From: Flectonema sp. DT1601
Taxonomy: Eukaryota
Length of the DNA stretch: 64,000 bases
Direction: 5' to 3'
Assembly (NCBI GenBank): GCA_964019425.1
Contig: OZ025787.1
Coordinates: 992,001 to 1,056,000 of the forward strand
The translations under genes were made by a program, and so were the position numbers. The notes beneath the pieces were generated by a model. The model worked only from the letters and a program-made list of their open reading frames with translations. It was not told where the DNA came from and ran no database searches. The stretch's first letter is position 1; the number at the start of each line of letters is the position of its first letter. Shown here piece by piece: positions 1 to 9,446 of this stretch.

Positions 1-1996
1 CAGTATCGGGTGTCGCTGATGTATAAAACATAGAAACAATACACTTAGCAGCATGTTCATCATCACTTGTTGTGGTTACCACCCAATACACACCTTCTGA
101 AGGTACGGCAGTTACTAAGACATGACCAGATGTTATCCCAGGGGTGTGTTGTAATAATTCTTCTTCTGAATTTTGAAGTACAGCTGGACCATCTCCAAGC
201 CCACCAGATAAAATCAAATCAAGGATAGTTGTCTCATAGATCGCTTGCAATCCACAAACAGAAAGAACTCTCCAAGCCATTATCCAAGCATGAGATAGAC
301 AGATACTTGCCGCGGATATCGGTGTCGAAGTTTTATTAGAAAACGGATGAGGTAATATTAAATATCGGTGAGGTCTTTTTTCTCCAATAAAAGCACTCAC
401 AACCGCGGCTACTGCTAAACCAGCAGCAAATGCAAAATCACAACCGACCACACCCTCTGAGGATGGTAAAACACCTCCTAAAGGAGGACTTCTGATTAGC
501 GCAGCTTGCAGTGTCGCAGGATTTATTTTTAAGACAATACGAATTTCATGCAATGGCATCTCCACATGAATTATTCCATTATGAATAAAACAATGAGGAA
601 TACACAAATCAGACTTAACTCCCTTCGTAGGCAACAAATTCAGTACAACACTAAAAGTGCATTGCACGGCATGCTCAATAACAACAGCAGAGTTGCCTAT
701 TGTGGTCAAGGGACCAAGAGGACCACCATTAGGCAGAAGATAATTTACCGTGATTGGTGTTCCTGTATCATTTATATAAATACTTACAGGTGCTACAAAA
801 CAACCGTGAGAGACATTTGCCTTGAGTGTGTTATCTCGTAACTCTGAAGGAATGCCCAGATAGGTTAAGTTATTGTGAATTTCTAGAAGCCGAAATTGCT
901 TTGCTTCTCGACAACAATCTATAACAAAATCATTTATATTGATAGGTTCTGGTAGACATTTATTAACTGTTGATCGGTCTGTATCGTTTCTCAGTATTAA
1001 AACGTTTCCAGGGATTTGACCTGCGTGTAAGTCAACAGTAAAAACACCCCATATGACTATACGAACAATACCAGTACTGGAATCAACACTGGCAGTACAC
1101 CATTGGTGTAGTCGTGCAATTGCTAAGGCAACACCGTGAAACTCTTCGAGAAACATTCCAACACATACTTTCTCTAACATCACTAGTGATTCTTGTAGTT
1201 CACCACGTAGAAGTTTCGTCGCACATATTTCTTTAATTTTAGTATCAGTTGCTTCATCCAGTTTGTAATGGAGTGAATCACTTCCCGGATCTTTTTTAAA
1301 TAAAAAAATGCAATCCCAGGACAACAAAGACCATGTGGGAATAGAATTCGCCTCTGACAAGTGAAACATATTCGCGGGAGAGCCAAGAATTATTGTTGCT
1401 GAGAGAACGTCGCTTTTAAAGATTAGTTTTGGAGTACCTATACCGCTTATTGAAAATAGCTTTCCAGATATACTACGAATCTCTTCACATTGTTTAAGAT
1501 GAACCATTGTTCTGAGGGAGAGAAATTCACGAGCAGTTGTTGTGTCAGATCTTAATTTTATTTTTCTAATTTTTGATCGTTCTTCAATTGTATTACACTT
1601 CTCCACAGCATTGATTATCGTTATTGGTGTTCTCGGAGGTCCGAATGAGTTCGATACAAGCTTTACATGACGAGCATACATCTCATCTGCCACAACCCTA
1701 AAAGCGCTATCATGAACTTGTTTCTTTTGAAGCTCTTCTACTGCTGTGTTAAAGTCACTTCCATTTTCTCTTATTCCTTTAAGAAGTTTTGCGATCCGTT
1801 GCATTCTTCCTTTTATTCGAACAGCGTATTCGACGATAATACGTCTGCCTTCATTCTTCTTGTCTACAATATTCATTGATATAAGCATCTTTGATACGTC
1901 TTGTAGTTCTTTGTGACTCGTTTCTAATACACTCCAAAGAAGTTTACTAACAGAGACTATAAGAACATCACCTTGCTGGGATACTACGTGGTCCAT
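1..1996 (-). CDS. Partial CDS (665 codons, runs off the window start); N-terminus weakly resembles Mediator subunit MED14
   Basis: Hand translation gives an uninterrupted frame from ATG 1996 (MDHVVSQQGDVLIVSVSKLLWSVLETSHKELQDVSKML...) to position 2. It is preceded by a pyrimidine tract and AG (ctgttctctctgtgcag). It is absent from the ORF track, presumably because the stop lies outside the window. The MED14 resemblance is by eye only. Confidence 0.85.
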   Translation of the reverse strand, partial: MDHVVSQQGDVLIVSVSKLLWSVLETSHKELQDVSKMLISMNIVDKKNEGRRIIVEYAVRIKGRMQRIAKLLKGIRENGSDFNTAVEELQKKQVHDSAFRVVADEMYARHVKLVSNSFGPPRTPITIINAVEKCNTIEERSKIRKIKLRSDTTTAREFLSLRTMVHLKQCEEIRSISGKLFSISGIGTPKLIFKSDVLSATIILGSPANMFHLSEANSIPTWSLLSWDCIFLFKKDPGSDSLHYKLDEATDTKIKEICATKLLRGELQESLVMLEKVCVGMFLEEFHGVALAIARLHQWCTASVDSSTGIVRIVIWGVFTVDLHAGQIPGNVLILRNDTDRSTVNKCLPEPININDFVIDCCREAKQFRLLEIHNNLTYLGIPSELRDNTLKANVSHGCFVAPVSIYINDTGTPITVNYLLPNGGPLGPLTTIGNSAVVIEHAVQCTFSVVLNLLPTKGVKSDLCIPHCFIHNGIIHVEMPLHEIRIVLKINPATLQAALIRSPPLGGVLPSSEGVVGCDFAFAAGLAVAAVVSAFIGEKRPHRYLILPHPFSNKTSTPISAASICLSHAWIMAWRVLSVCGLQAIYETTILDLILSGGLGDGPAVLQNSEEELLQHTPGITSGHVLVTAVPSEGVYWVVTTTSDDEHAAKCIVSMFYTSATPDT

Positions 1997-2711
1997 ATTG
2001 TTATTTGGTATCCTGCACAGAGAGAACAGAACAGTAGTGACAGTTGTTTGGTTACTTTACTCTTCCGTATGTCAAACTGGTACGAACAAAGATTTGTGGA
2101 TAAACAATCCAAAACGGATTGTCCACTCACATTGTCCCCGGTTTCCTTTGTTTTCGTTCTTTTTTTCTCTTGTTCCACAGAGCCTCAGATTACTTCGAAA
2201 TTTCAGATGCAAAACAGTTTGTCTCCTAACGACCTCAGAGAAGTTTAGGTTCTTGCAATCCTCACAGCAACATTGTTATTCAGGTTAAAAAAAGGGGGTG
2301 TGCAAAATCTTTTTGCACCCTCATTTTACTAACTTTCTGTTGTTCGGATGCTAGAAAAAAGTCTTTCCATCCTATCTGAAGAATCTCTGTGGACTACACT
2401 TTTTCTTTTTTTTTTTTCTTTTTCCCTTCATTTTCTATTGTTGTTCAAAATTCTCTCTTCGTTTCTTTTTGCAATTGACATTGCAGCAGTTCCGTTGATC
2501 GAAGCATTGATTCTTGAGTTTGACAAGTGTTCTTTGAGGGGACAGGGCAGCTGATACAGACAACGCGAATAATCGTCAAAGTTTGAGTGAGAAGAACAAT
2601 TAATGTACGAAAACCAGGCAACAGGCTGACGGGGACAAATAAGCGAAGGCTGCAGTAAGTCTTGGGATAATCTCTTCTTTTTTTTTTTTTTCTTTTTTTT
2701 TTGATATGTTG

Positions 2712-4085
2712 CTACGCTTGCATCTCGTCAGGCGAGCGTCTTGGAGTAAGCTTTCCATCCTCCTTCAAACTATCATACATTTCCATAGCGTTAAGAATCG
2801 CCTGATCCATGTTGAAGTATTTATAAGAAGCAAGTCTACCAACAAATGCAACACCAGCTTCCTTCTCAGCAAGAGCTCTGTACTTTTCATACAACTCTCT
2901 GTTTGCTGGATTTGGAACTGGGTAGTATGGATCTCCAGTAGCTGAAGAGAATTCTTTGTAAATGATTGATCCCTTTACGGATCCGTTTTTAACTTCTTCA
3001 GGCTGGTTAGGAGTATGCTTGTACTCAACAATACGAGTCCAGGCAGGAGTTGATCCAGGGTAGTTGCATGCAAGTGGTTCCTGTGTGAATCCACCCTCAG
3101 GGTTTTCTTTGTACTCAGTCTCAAAAACAACAGTACGGTATTCCAACCTTGGTAAACCTTGATCAGCATAGTACGAATCAATTGGACCAGTGTAGACAAT
3201 GAGGTCATGTTCTGGTAGCTGATCTCTGACCTTGAAAAAGTCGCAGTTAAGTCTGATGCTTACTTTGTCTTTACAGGCACCAGTCAGTAAAATATTTTCA
3301 AAGATTCTCGTGTATCCTCTAAGAGGAAGAGCCTGGTACTTGTCACTGAAGTATCTGTCATCCTTTGAAGTCCGACATGGTAGACGAATCAACACTGACG
3401 CGTCTAACTCTTCAGGATACTTGTCCCATTGTTTCTTGGTGTAATGACGAAAGATCTTTTCATAAAGATCGCGACCAACTCTTGACAGAGCTGCTTCTTT
3501 ACCATTCTGAGCCTCGCCACTTTCTGGCTTTACTCGTTGGGTTTCATACCACGCAAGCATTTCTTCATCGTTCTTGATATCGGTTTTAAAAAGGAGGTTT
3601 ACGGTATCAATGGTTGGTGGGATAGGAACTAGTTGCTCATCTCCGTTGATGTCTTTTACAAGACCTCGTCCTCTGTACTCAAATGGAACCCATTCACTAA
3701 ATTGAGAAAGGTACTCCCAGACACGCTCGTGAACGGTGTGGAAAAAGTGAGGTCCGTATTGAGAGACACGAATTCCAGACTCATGAAGTTTGTCGTAACA
3801 GTTTCCACCAATATGATCTCTCTTATCAACGATTAGTGAAGTAAGCCCGAGTTCTTTGGCGCATCGTTCAGCCAATACGCATCCAGAAAGCCCAGCTCCG
3901 ACAATAATCAAATTCACCTTTCCGACTTTTGACACATCTCCACTCATAACATCAGCGCCCAGGTCAAGTGGTGCTTCTGTCTTCTCTCCAGATGCGTAGA
4001 TCTCATCTTTTCCAACCTTTTCTGTTATAGCATTTTGCTTTGCCCATTCTGGGGCTGCTCTTGCAGGCGCTGGTCCTGTTGGCAT
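2712..4085 (-). CDS. glf: UDP-galactopyranose mutase, prokaryotic (Glf) type, with ~55-aa N-terminal extension
   Basis: Motifs IVGAGLSG (FAD binding), DKRDHIGGNCYD, YGPHFFHT, YTGPID, TRIVEYKH, DPYYPVP and GRLASYKYFNMDQAI are typical of bacterial Glf. Confidence 0.95.
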   Translation of the reverse strand: MPTGPAPARAAPEWAKQNAITEKVGKDEIYASGEKTEAPLDLGADVMSGDVSKVGKVNLIIVGAGLSGCVLAERCAKELGLTSLIVDKRDHIGGNCYDKLHESGIRVSQYGPHFFHTVHERVWEYLSQFSEWVPFEYRGRGLVKDINGDEQLVPIPPTIDTVNLLFKTDIKNDEEMLAWYETQRVKPESGEAQNGKEAALSRVGRDLYEKIFRHYTKKQWDKYPEELDASVLIRLPCRTSKDDRYFSDKYQALPLRGYTRIFENILLTGACKDKVSIRLNCDFFKVRDQLPEHDLIVYTGPIDSYYADQGLPRLEYRTVVFETEYKENPEGGFTQEPLACNYPGSTPAWTRIVEYKHTPNQPEEVKNGSVKGSIIYKEFSSATGDPYYPVPNPANRELYEKYRALAEKEAGVAFVGRLASYKYFNMDQAILNAMEMYDSLKEDGKLTPRRSPDEMQA

Positions 4086-4651
4086 GTTTTACTTAGTTTT
4101 GTAGTGAGGTACTGGATTTAGAATAATTACATTCAACATAATCCACACAACGTAACCAGTCACGTTCACAGCATATCATAAATCTTTAAGGTAGTGTGTG
4201 TCAGGAAACTAATTAATAGAACGCAATTCAACTCGTCAATTGCTCCCAACTGCTACAATGTTTGAAAGAAGAATATGTCATTAATAGTAACAAACAACAA
4301 ACACAATACTTCGCTACAGTATCTAAAAGTTTCCACAAAAACATATCTATAGTGTACACGGGAGGGGTACTTTTTGTTGTAATAAGTTTATAACTGCATT
4401 CGGTTCGGTGGGCGGGGGTGAAACTTTGACAATGTAAAAACAGTAACAACTTTAGATATTAATACAAATTAATATCAAGTACTTGACTGAAAAGAAACAT
4501 CTGTAGTTGTTAATCAAAGAAAAGGTACGTTTAGAAAACAGAAATAACGGGTGGGAGCGTAGTAACAGTTAGGAAATCAACACATCAAAGAAGGGAATAG
4601 GAAATACTACGCCAAACAAACGGTAGGGAGGGTAATAACAGTACGCACAAA

Positions 4652-4924
4652 TTATCGAGAGCTAGCAGATCGGAGAAATAAATTCTGATCTTCAATTATT
4701 GTTTTTGCATTGTGCATATCGGCAACTAGTCTCTCAAGAATAACACTGAGGAGCTGATGGGACACTTCGAAATCATCCGTATCCGCAGTTGGCTCCGCAG
4801 CCAAAGCTGCTTCTGCATTTCTACTAGCACTCTTTCCAAGGACCCCAACATAACCTGCTACTGTATCACGTAATCGTTGCCCGTAGGCGGAGGCGGACTG
4901 TTTTTTTTTGTTTTTTTTTTTCAT
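4652..4924 (-). CDS. Small helical protein (90 aa), weak MED22-like pattern
   Basis: ATG at 4924 (MKKKNKKKQSASAYGQRLRDTV...DDFEV...LERLVADMHNAKTIIED), with coding-like composition. The ORF-track extension to 5014 runs into the repeat array. Confidence 0.55.
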   Translation of the reverse strand: MKKKNKKKQSASAYGQRLRDTVAGYVGVLGKSASRNAEAALAAEPTADTDDFEVSHQLLSVILERLVADMHNAKTIIEDQNLFLRSASSR

Positions 4925-4987
4925 AATCAGTTCTACAATTAGTCGACCACTACATAAAGTGAAAATAAAACTGAGAAAAGACAAAAA

Positions 4988-5056
4988 AGTCTCGCAATTC
5001 CTATGACCGCACACGGGGATTTACTACCCCGTGAGGGAGATACCGAAAGCTTTACA
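4988..5056 (-). ncRNA. H/ACA-like single-hairpin (AGA box) snoRNA, copy 1
   Basis: Minus-strand hairpin with upper stem CACGGGG/CCCCGUG and pocket CGGUAUCU + UCAU, complementary to SSU rRNA AUGA-U-N-AGAUACCG. AGA box lies 14 nt from the upper-stem base. Confidence 0.75.
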
Positions 5057-5133
5057 GAGGAGCACTAACACGAAAGAACAAAACAAGCAGCAATGAGTCC
5101 AAATGCGACTTCTCACCGAGAGGAGGCAAACAA

Positions 5134-5202
5134 AGTCTCGCAATTCCTATGACCACACACGGGGATTTACTACCCTGTGAGGGAGATACCGAAAGCTTTA
5201 CA
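5134..5202 (-). ncRNA. H/ACA-like snoRNA, copy 2 (two substitutions)
   Basis: Same core with variants gaccacac and ccctgtg; pocket and AGA box unchanged. Confidence 0.7.
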
Positions 5203-5311
5203 AACACGAAGAACAAAACAAACAACAATGAGTCCAAATGCGAAGGCCTACTAACACGGAACAAGCAACAATATTCTCACCGAAGGGAACGACGAGTTCG
5301 GAGGCAAACAG

Positions 5312-5380
5312 AGTCTCGCAATTCCTATGACCGCACACGGGGATTTACTACCCCGTGAGGGAGATACCGAAAGCTTTACA
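5312..5380 (-). ncRNA. H/ACA-like snoRNA, copy 3
   Basis: Core identical to copy 1. Confidence 0.75.
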
Positions 5381-5489
5381 AACACGAAGAACAAAACAAA
5401 CAACAATGAGTCCAAATGCGAAGGCCTACTAACACGGACCAAGCAACAATATTCTCACCGAAGGGAACGACGAGTTCGGAGGCAAACAG

Positions 5490-5558
5490 AGTCTCGCAAT
5501 TCCTATGACCGCACACGGGGATTTACTACCCCGTGAGGGAGATACCGAAAGCTTTACA
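5490..5558 (-). ncRNA. H/ACA-like snoRNA, copy 4
   Basis: Core identical to copy 1. Confidence 0.75.
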
Positions 5559-5667
5559 AACACGAAGAACAAAACAAACAACAATGAGTCCAAATGCGAA
5601 GGCCTACTAACACGGAACAAGCAACAATATTCCCACCGAAGGGAACGACGAGTTCGGAGGCAAACAG

Positions 5668-5736
5668 AGTCTCGCAATTCCTATGACCGCACACGGGGAT
5701 TTACTACCCCGTGAGGGAGATACCGAAAGCTTTACA
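5668..5736 (-). ncRNA. H/ACA-like snoRNA, copy 5
   Basis: Core identical to copy 1. Confidence 0.75.
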
Positions 5737-5845
5737 AACACGAAGAACAAAACAAACAACAATGAGTCCAAATGCGAAGGCCTACTAACACGGAACAAGC
5801 AACAATATTCTCACCGAAGGGAACGACGAGTTCGGAGGCAAACAG

Positions 5846-5914
5846 AGTCTCGCAATTCCTATGACCGCACACGGGGATTTACTACCCCGTGAGGGAGATA
5901 CCGAAAGCTTTACA
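5846..5914 (-). ncRNA. H/ACA-like snoRNA, copy 6
   Basis: Core identical to copy 1. Confidence 0.75.
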
Positions 5915-6144
5915 AACACGAAGAACAAAACAAACAACAATGAGTCCAAATGCGAAGGCCTACTAACACGGACCAAGCAACAATATTCTCACGAAGGGAA
6001 CGACGAGTTCCCAAGACTTTGAAAACACCGAGGCAAAAACGGTGCAACAATCCAAAAATAACAGACATACAATTAGCGAACCTCAAGAAGAGACGCCCAG
6101 GGTGGGATGGGTGGGAAATACTTTTAGAGGTGAGAGGCAAACAA

Positions 6145-6213
6145 AGTCTCGCAATTCCTATGACCGCACACGGGGATTTACTACCCCGTGAGGGAGATAC
6201 CGAAAGCTTTACA
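6145..6213 (-). ncRNA. H/ACA-like snoRNA, copy 7
   Basis: Core identical to copy 1. Confidence 0.75.
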
Positions 6214-6443
6214 AACACGAAGAACAAAACAAACAACAATGAGTCCAAATGCGAAGGCCTACTAACACGGACCAAGCAACAATATTCTCACGAAGGGAAC
6301 GACGAGTTCCCAAGACTTTGAAAACACCGAGGCAAAAACGGTGCAACAATCCAAAAATAACAGACATACAATTAGCGAACCTCAAGAAGAGACGCCCAGG
6401 GTGGGATGGGTGGGAAATACTTTTAGAGGTGAGAGGCAAACAA

Positions 6444-6512
6444 AGTCTCGCAATTCCTATGACCGCACACGGGGATTTACTACCCCGTGAGGGAGATACC
6501 GAAAGCTTTACA
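6444..6512 (-). ncRNA. H/ACA-like snoRNA, copy 8
   Basis: Core identical to copy 1. Confidence 0.75.
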
Positions 6513-6621
6513 AACACGAAGAACAAAACAAACAACAATGAGTCCAAATGCGAAGGCCTACTAACACGGACCAAGCAACAATATTCTCACCGAAGGGAAC
6601 GACGAGTTCGGAGGCAAACAG

Positions 6622-6690
6622 AGTCTCGCAATTCCTATGACCGCACACGGGGATTTACTACCCTGTGAGGGAGATACCGAAAGCTTTACA
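6622..6690 (-). ncRNA. H/ACA-like snoRNA, copy 9
   Basis: Core with the ccctgtg variant. Confidence 0.7.
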
Positions 6691-6767
6691 GAGGAGCACT
6701 AACACGAAAGAACAAAACAAGCAGCAATGAGTCCAAATGCGACTTCTCACCGAGGGGAGGCAAACAA

Positions 6768-6836
6768 AGTCTCGCAATTCCTATGACCGCACACGGGGAT
6801 TTACTACCCCGTGAGGGAGATACCGAAAGCTATAAC
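6768..6836 (-). ncRNA. H/ACA-like snoRNA, copy 10
   Basis: Core conserved except at the minus-strand 5' end (gaaagctataac). Confidence 0.7.
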
Positions 6837-7014
6837 GAACAACAAGCATACCCTCAGTTTCGCGGTTATAGTTTCCACCATGAGTGTGAGTTCACCGTCC
6901 TGTGGTGGATCGCCAGGGGATACATGAGGAAGAGCCTGTTTGTGTGGATTAGAAAAACTATTTTCTTAAACGTCGTTACCAACGCAACTCTTAACTAAAC
7001 TAAAAAAGTAATAA

Positions 7015-8439
7015 TTAACATGCCAGTGGAGATAATTGCGACCAAATAGAATCAAGCAATGCGACCACCTGACCAAGTTGAGCGTTGGCTGCTTGGGTTT
7101 CCATTGCGTCTTCAAGTTGGCGAACAGGTTGACTAGAGAGAAGGATTTCTAACTCTTGTCTTCGTGATCTTTCGAGTTCGACTTTTGTATGCATTCGTTG
7201 AACTCCAGATGCTAGTTCTTCACACTCAGCTCTTCTTTCAATCAGTTCTTGGCGGATAGCTTGAAGTTCGACTCCGTCTTCCTTTCGAACTGTTTCCAAT
7301 TCCTCAAGTTGAGCATTCGACCGCCTGAGATCAATATTCTGATCTGCTTGAGTTGTAGCAACTCTTTCAGTATCCGTTAACGATACTTCTAATTGTCTAA
7401 TTGTTTCCTTCGCTGTTGACAACTCCACCTCGAGTGTTGTAGCTGTTGTTTCTGCAGTACTACACCTGGTGTGCAATGATTCATACTTTGACAATGTAAT
7501 AGTTAATTCATTACGCATCTGTTCCACACTATTACTACTAGCGAGGGCTAAAGCGAGGGCTTCTTCAGATTTTAAAAGTTCTACGACGGTTCCGCTTTTT
7601 GCTTCTAAGGCGTCGGCTGCTTGGCGTTGACTTTCTGATAGCTGAATCTTAAGATGTGCCATGTCCTGAACTTCTCTTCGTAGATCAGCGATGATGCCTT
7701 CAGAACGAGCTAGTTTATCATTGAGTTCTTCTGAAGATCGATTGGCTCTTTCCAAAAGAGTTTCTAATTCTAATCTTTGATGATGATCCTCTGAAGATCT
7801 TCTATCAAGTAAACCATGTTGATGAGACAAGTCATTAAATTCAATTTGTAATTGATCGAGTTGTCTTGTTGTAGTCTCTGCTTTTGTATGAGCCGCATCA
7901 TAATTAGCATCAGAAGTAATAAGACGCCTGCGAAGGTCAGCGAGTTCTGTCTCACCGATACAAAGTTTTTGTCTAGCTGTTGAAAGTTCCTGATGAAGGG
8001 ATTCGAGGCGCATGGTTGCATCTTTTAAATGAGAGTCTTTCTGACGAAGTTGTTCTTCTAATTCAGCGTTTTGAGTAAGAGCTCGACGTCTGGCATCTTC
8101 TGCTGCTCGTACGATGTCATCGGTTGAAGCACTTTTAGAAGTCAGGTGATCAATATCAGATCTCAAGAGATTGTTCTCTTGTTGTAAAGCTCTTACTTCA
8201 TCTTCCTTTCCCCTCAACTGTTGTTTGTAAAGTGTTAATGCATTTGCGTGTCCCATAATCGCATCTTGAAGAGTTGAAACATTGTCTTCCAATCCTTCAA
8301 TCTCACCTCTGCTTTCATCTGCTGCCCTTCTCAGTAATACCGACTTGTCCTTAGCATTATTCCAATATTTTCGTGCTGTTGGGCTTTGCAACCTTGACGG
8401 TTTCAGCGAAGCCCCACCCGGGGTTGAGGCTTCCATCAT
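7015..8439 (-). CDS. Long coiled-coil protein (474 aa)
   Basis: Intact ORF with heptad-like L/E/Q/R-rich composition over most of its length. Confidence 0.9.
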   Translation of the reverse strand: MMEASTPGGASLKPSRLQSPTARKYWNNAKDKSVLLRRAADESRGEIEGLEDNVSTLQDAIMGHANALTLYKQQLRGKEDEVRALQQENNLLRSDIDHLTSKSASTDDIVRAAEDARRRALTQNAELEEQLRQKDSHLKDATMRLESLHQELSTARQKLCIGETELADLRRRLITSDANYDAAHTKAETTTRQLDQLQIEFNDLSHQHGLLDRRSSEDHHQRLELETLLERANRSSEELNDKLARSEGIIADLRREVQDMAHLKIQLSESQRQAADALEAKSGTVVELLKSEEALALALASSNSVEQMRNELTITLSKYESLHTRCSTAETTATTLEVELSTAKETIRQLEVSLTDTERVATTQADQNIDLRRSNAQLEELETVRKEDGVELQAIRQELIERRAECEELASGVQRMHTKVELERSRRQELEILLSSQPVRQLEDAMETQAANAQLGQVVALLDSIWSQLSPLAC

Positions 8440-8630
8440 AACAGCATCTGCAAGAGAAGTAATTTAAACAAATACAACACCAACACACACACACATATAA
8501 AAATACCACCCGTACTCTTTATTTCTCATCACGTACAATCACCTTGATAATCTGATTGGAGAAATGTTAGTACAAAAATATTATTTATAACTAGTAAGTC
8601 AACCTGTGCATAGTACGACGGGTTTAAGTC

Positions 8631-9446
8631 CTAAGTCGCTAGTCCCTTATTGTAAGTATCAATTAAAATGGTACAGGCTTCACTACAATGTGAAATATCA
8701 CTCAAGGAAGCATTAATAAGGCTTATTGTATCAGGTAGTAGTAAAGGTGGTGAGTCTCCCCACTCAGAAACAATAGCTCTGATTAATGATGAAAATAAGT
8801 CTTTGTCGTTTTTCATGACTGCATAGGCAAAGAGAGAATGTAATGCTAATAGGGTAGCAGGATAACCCTGAGAGATTCTCTTATAATAAAATTGAATGGA
8901 ATTTAGATGAAGGCGTGAAAGAGGGTTAGATTTCTCTTCGTACCATATATGAGGTGGAAATGATATCCATGAAAACGGGTTTTGATGAAAACTTCTTGAC
9001 TCTCTAACCACCTGAACAGCGCCTTTCGCATCCCCAGAGAAAATAGCCAACCCGCATAACGACGATGATATTAGTGAACTTCTCTGTTCAAATCTTCCAA
9101 CTAAGTCAGCAATTCTTCTTTTACAAGTCGCATAGTGATATGGAGCATTATGACACCTGATTGATAAATATCGAATAGCAGTTTCCCATTGCTGTTCTGT
9201 TAGCATCCCATGAGCTTCTAATATATGTTCTATAACTATTTCAGGTGATGGTGAAGCGTAACCATCATATTCAAGTAAGGAAGTCCAATCCATTCGTTGT
9301 TCTCGTACTGAGTCTAAGCAGTCTCCATAATCCATTGCTGGTGTTAACCGAACTGGAGATATCAATTGTCGATGTCGTACTCGACGTTTTCGCTGTCGAG
9401 TTGCTACTCTGGCAACTTTCTTGACAATCGATTGAAAGTCTTTCAT
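8631..9446 (-). CDS. Hypothetical protein (271 aa; 5' end uncertain)
   Basis: Intact ORF on the gene-cluster strand; no family recognised. An in-frame TAA immediately precedes the ATG. Confidence 0.75.
   Translation of the reverse strand: MKDFQSIVKKVARVATRQRKRRVRHRQLISPVRLTPAMDYGDCLDSVREQRMDWTSLLEYDGYASPSPEIVIEHILEAHGMLTEQQWETAIRYLSIRCHNAPYHYATCKRRIADLVGRFEQRSSLISSSLCGLAIFSGDAKGAVQVVRESRSFHQNPFSWISFPPHIWYEEKSNPLSRLHLNSIQFYYKRISQGYPATLLALHSLFAYAVMKNDKDLFSSLIRAIVSEWGDSPPLLLPDTISLINASLSDISHCSEACTILIDTYNKGLAT

Larger units (their letters stand above)
4988..6836. repeat. Tandem array of 10 copies of a 69-bp core with three spacer types
   Basis: Core agtctcgcaattcctatgaccgcacacggggatttactaccccgtgagggagataccgaaagctttaca starts at 4988, 5134, 5312, 5490, 5668, 5846, 6145, 6444, 6622 and 6768. 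Periods are 146, 178x4, 299x2, 178 and 146. Confidence 0.98.

Noticed and set aside
548..2288. Plus-strand short ORFs in the track
   Set aside because: Most are antisense shadows of the long minus-strand CDS at 1-1996; the rest fall in its upstream spacer and show no motifs.
5001..5050. Hammerhead ribozyme in the repeat core (+ strand ctatga..gaaa)
   Set aside because: The core lacks CUGANGA, and I could not form stems I and III around a cleavage triplet.
4988..6836. CRISPR array interpretation of the repeat
   Set aside because: Spacers are repeated rather than unique, the core is 69 bp, there are no cas genes and the context is eukaryotic.
4988..6836. Spliced-leader RNA or 5S rRNA tandem array
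   Set aside because: No recognisable euglenozoan leader exon (e.g. TTTCTGTACTTTATTG) or 5S sequence on either strand.
5052..6998. Repeated 63-139 aa ORFs on both strands of the array
   Set aside because: They are by-products of the repeat; frames shift between units and conservation follows the RNA hairpin rather than codons.
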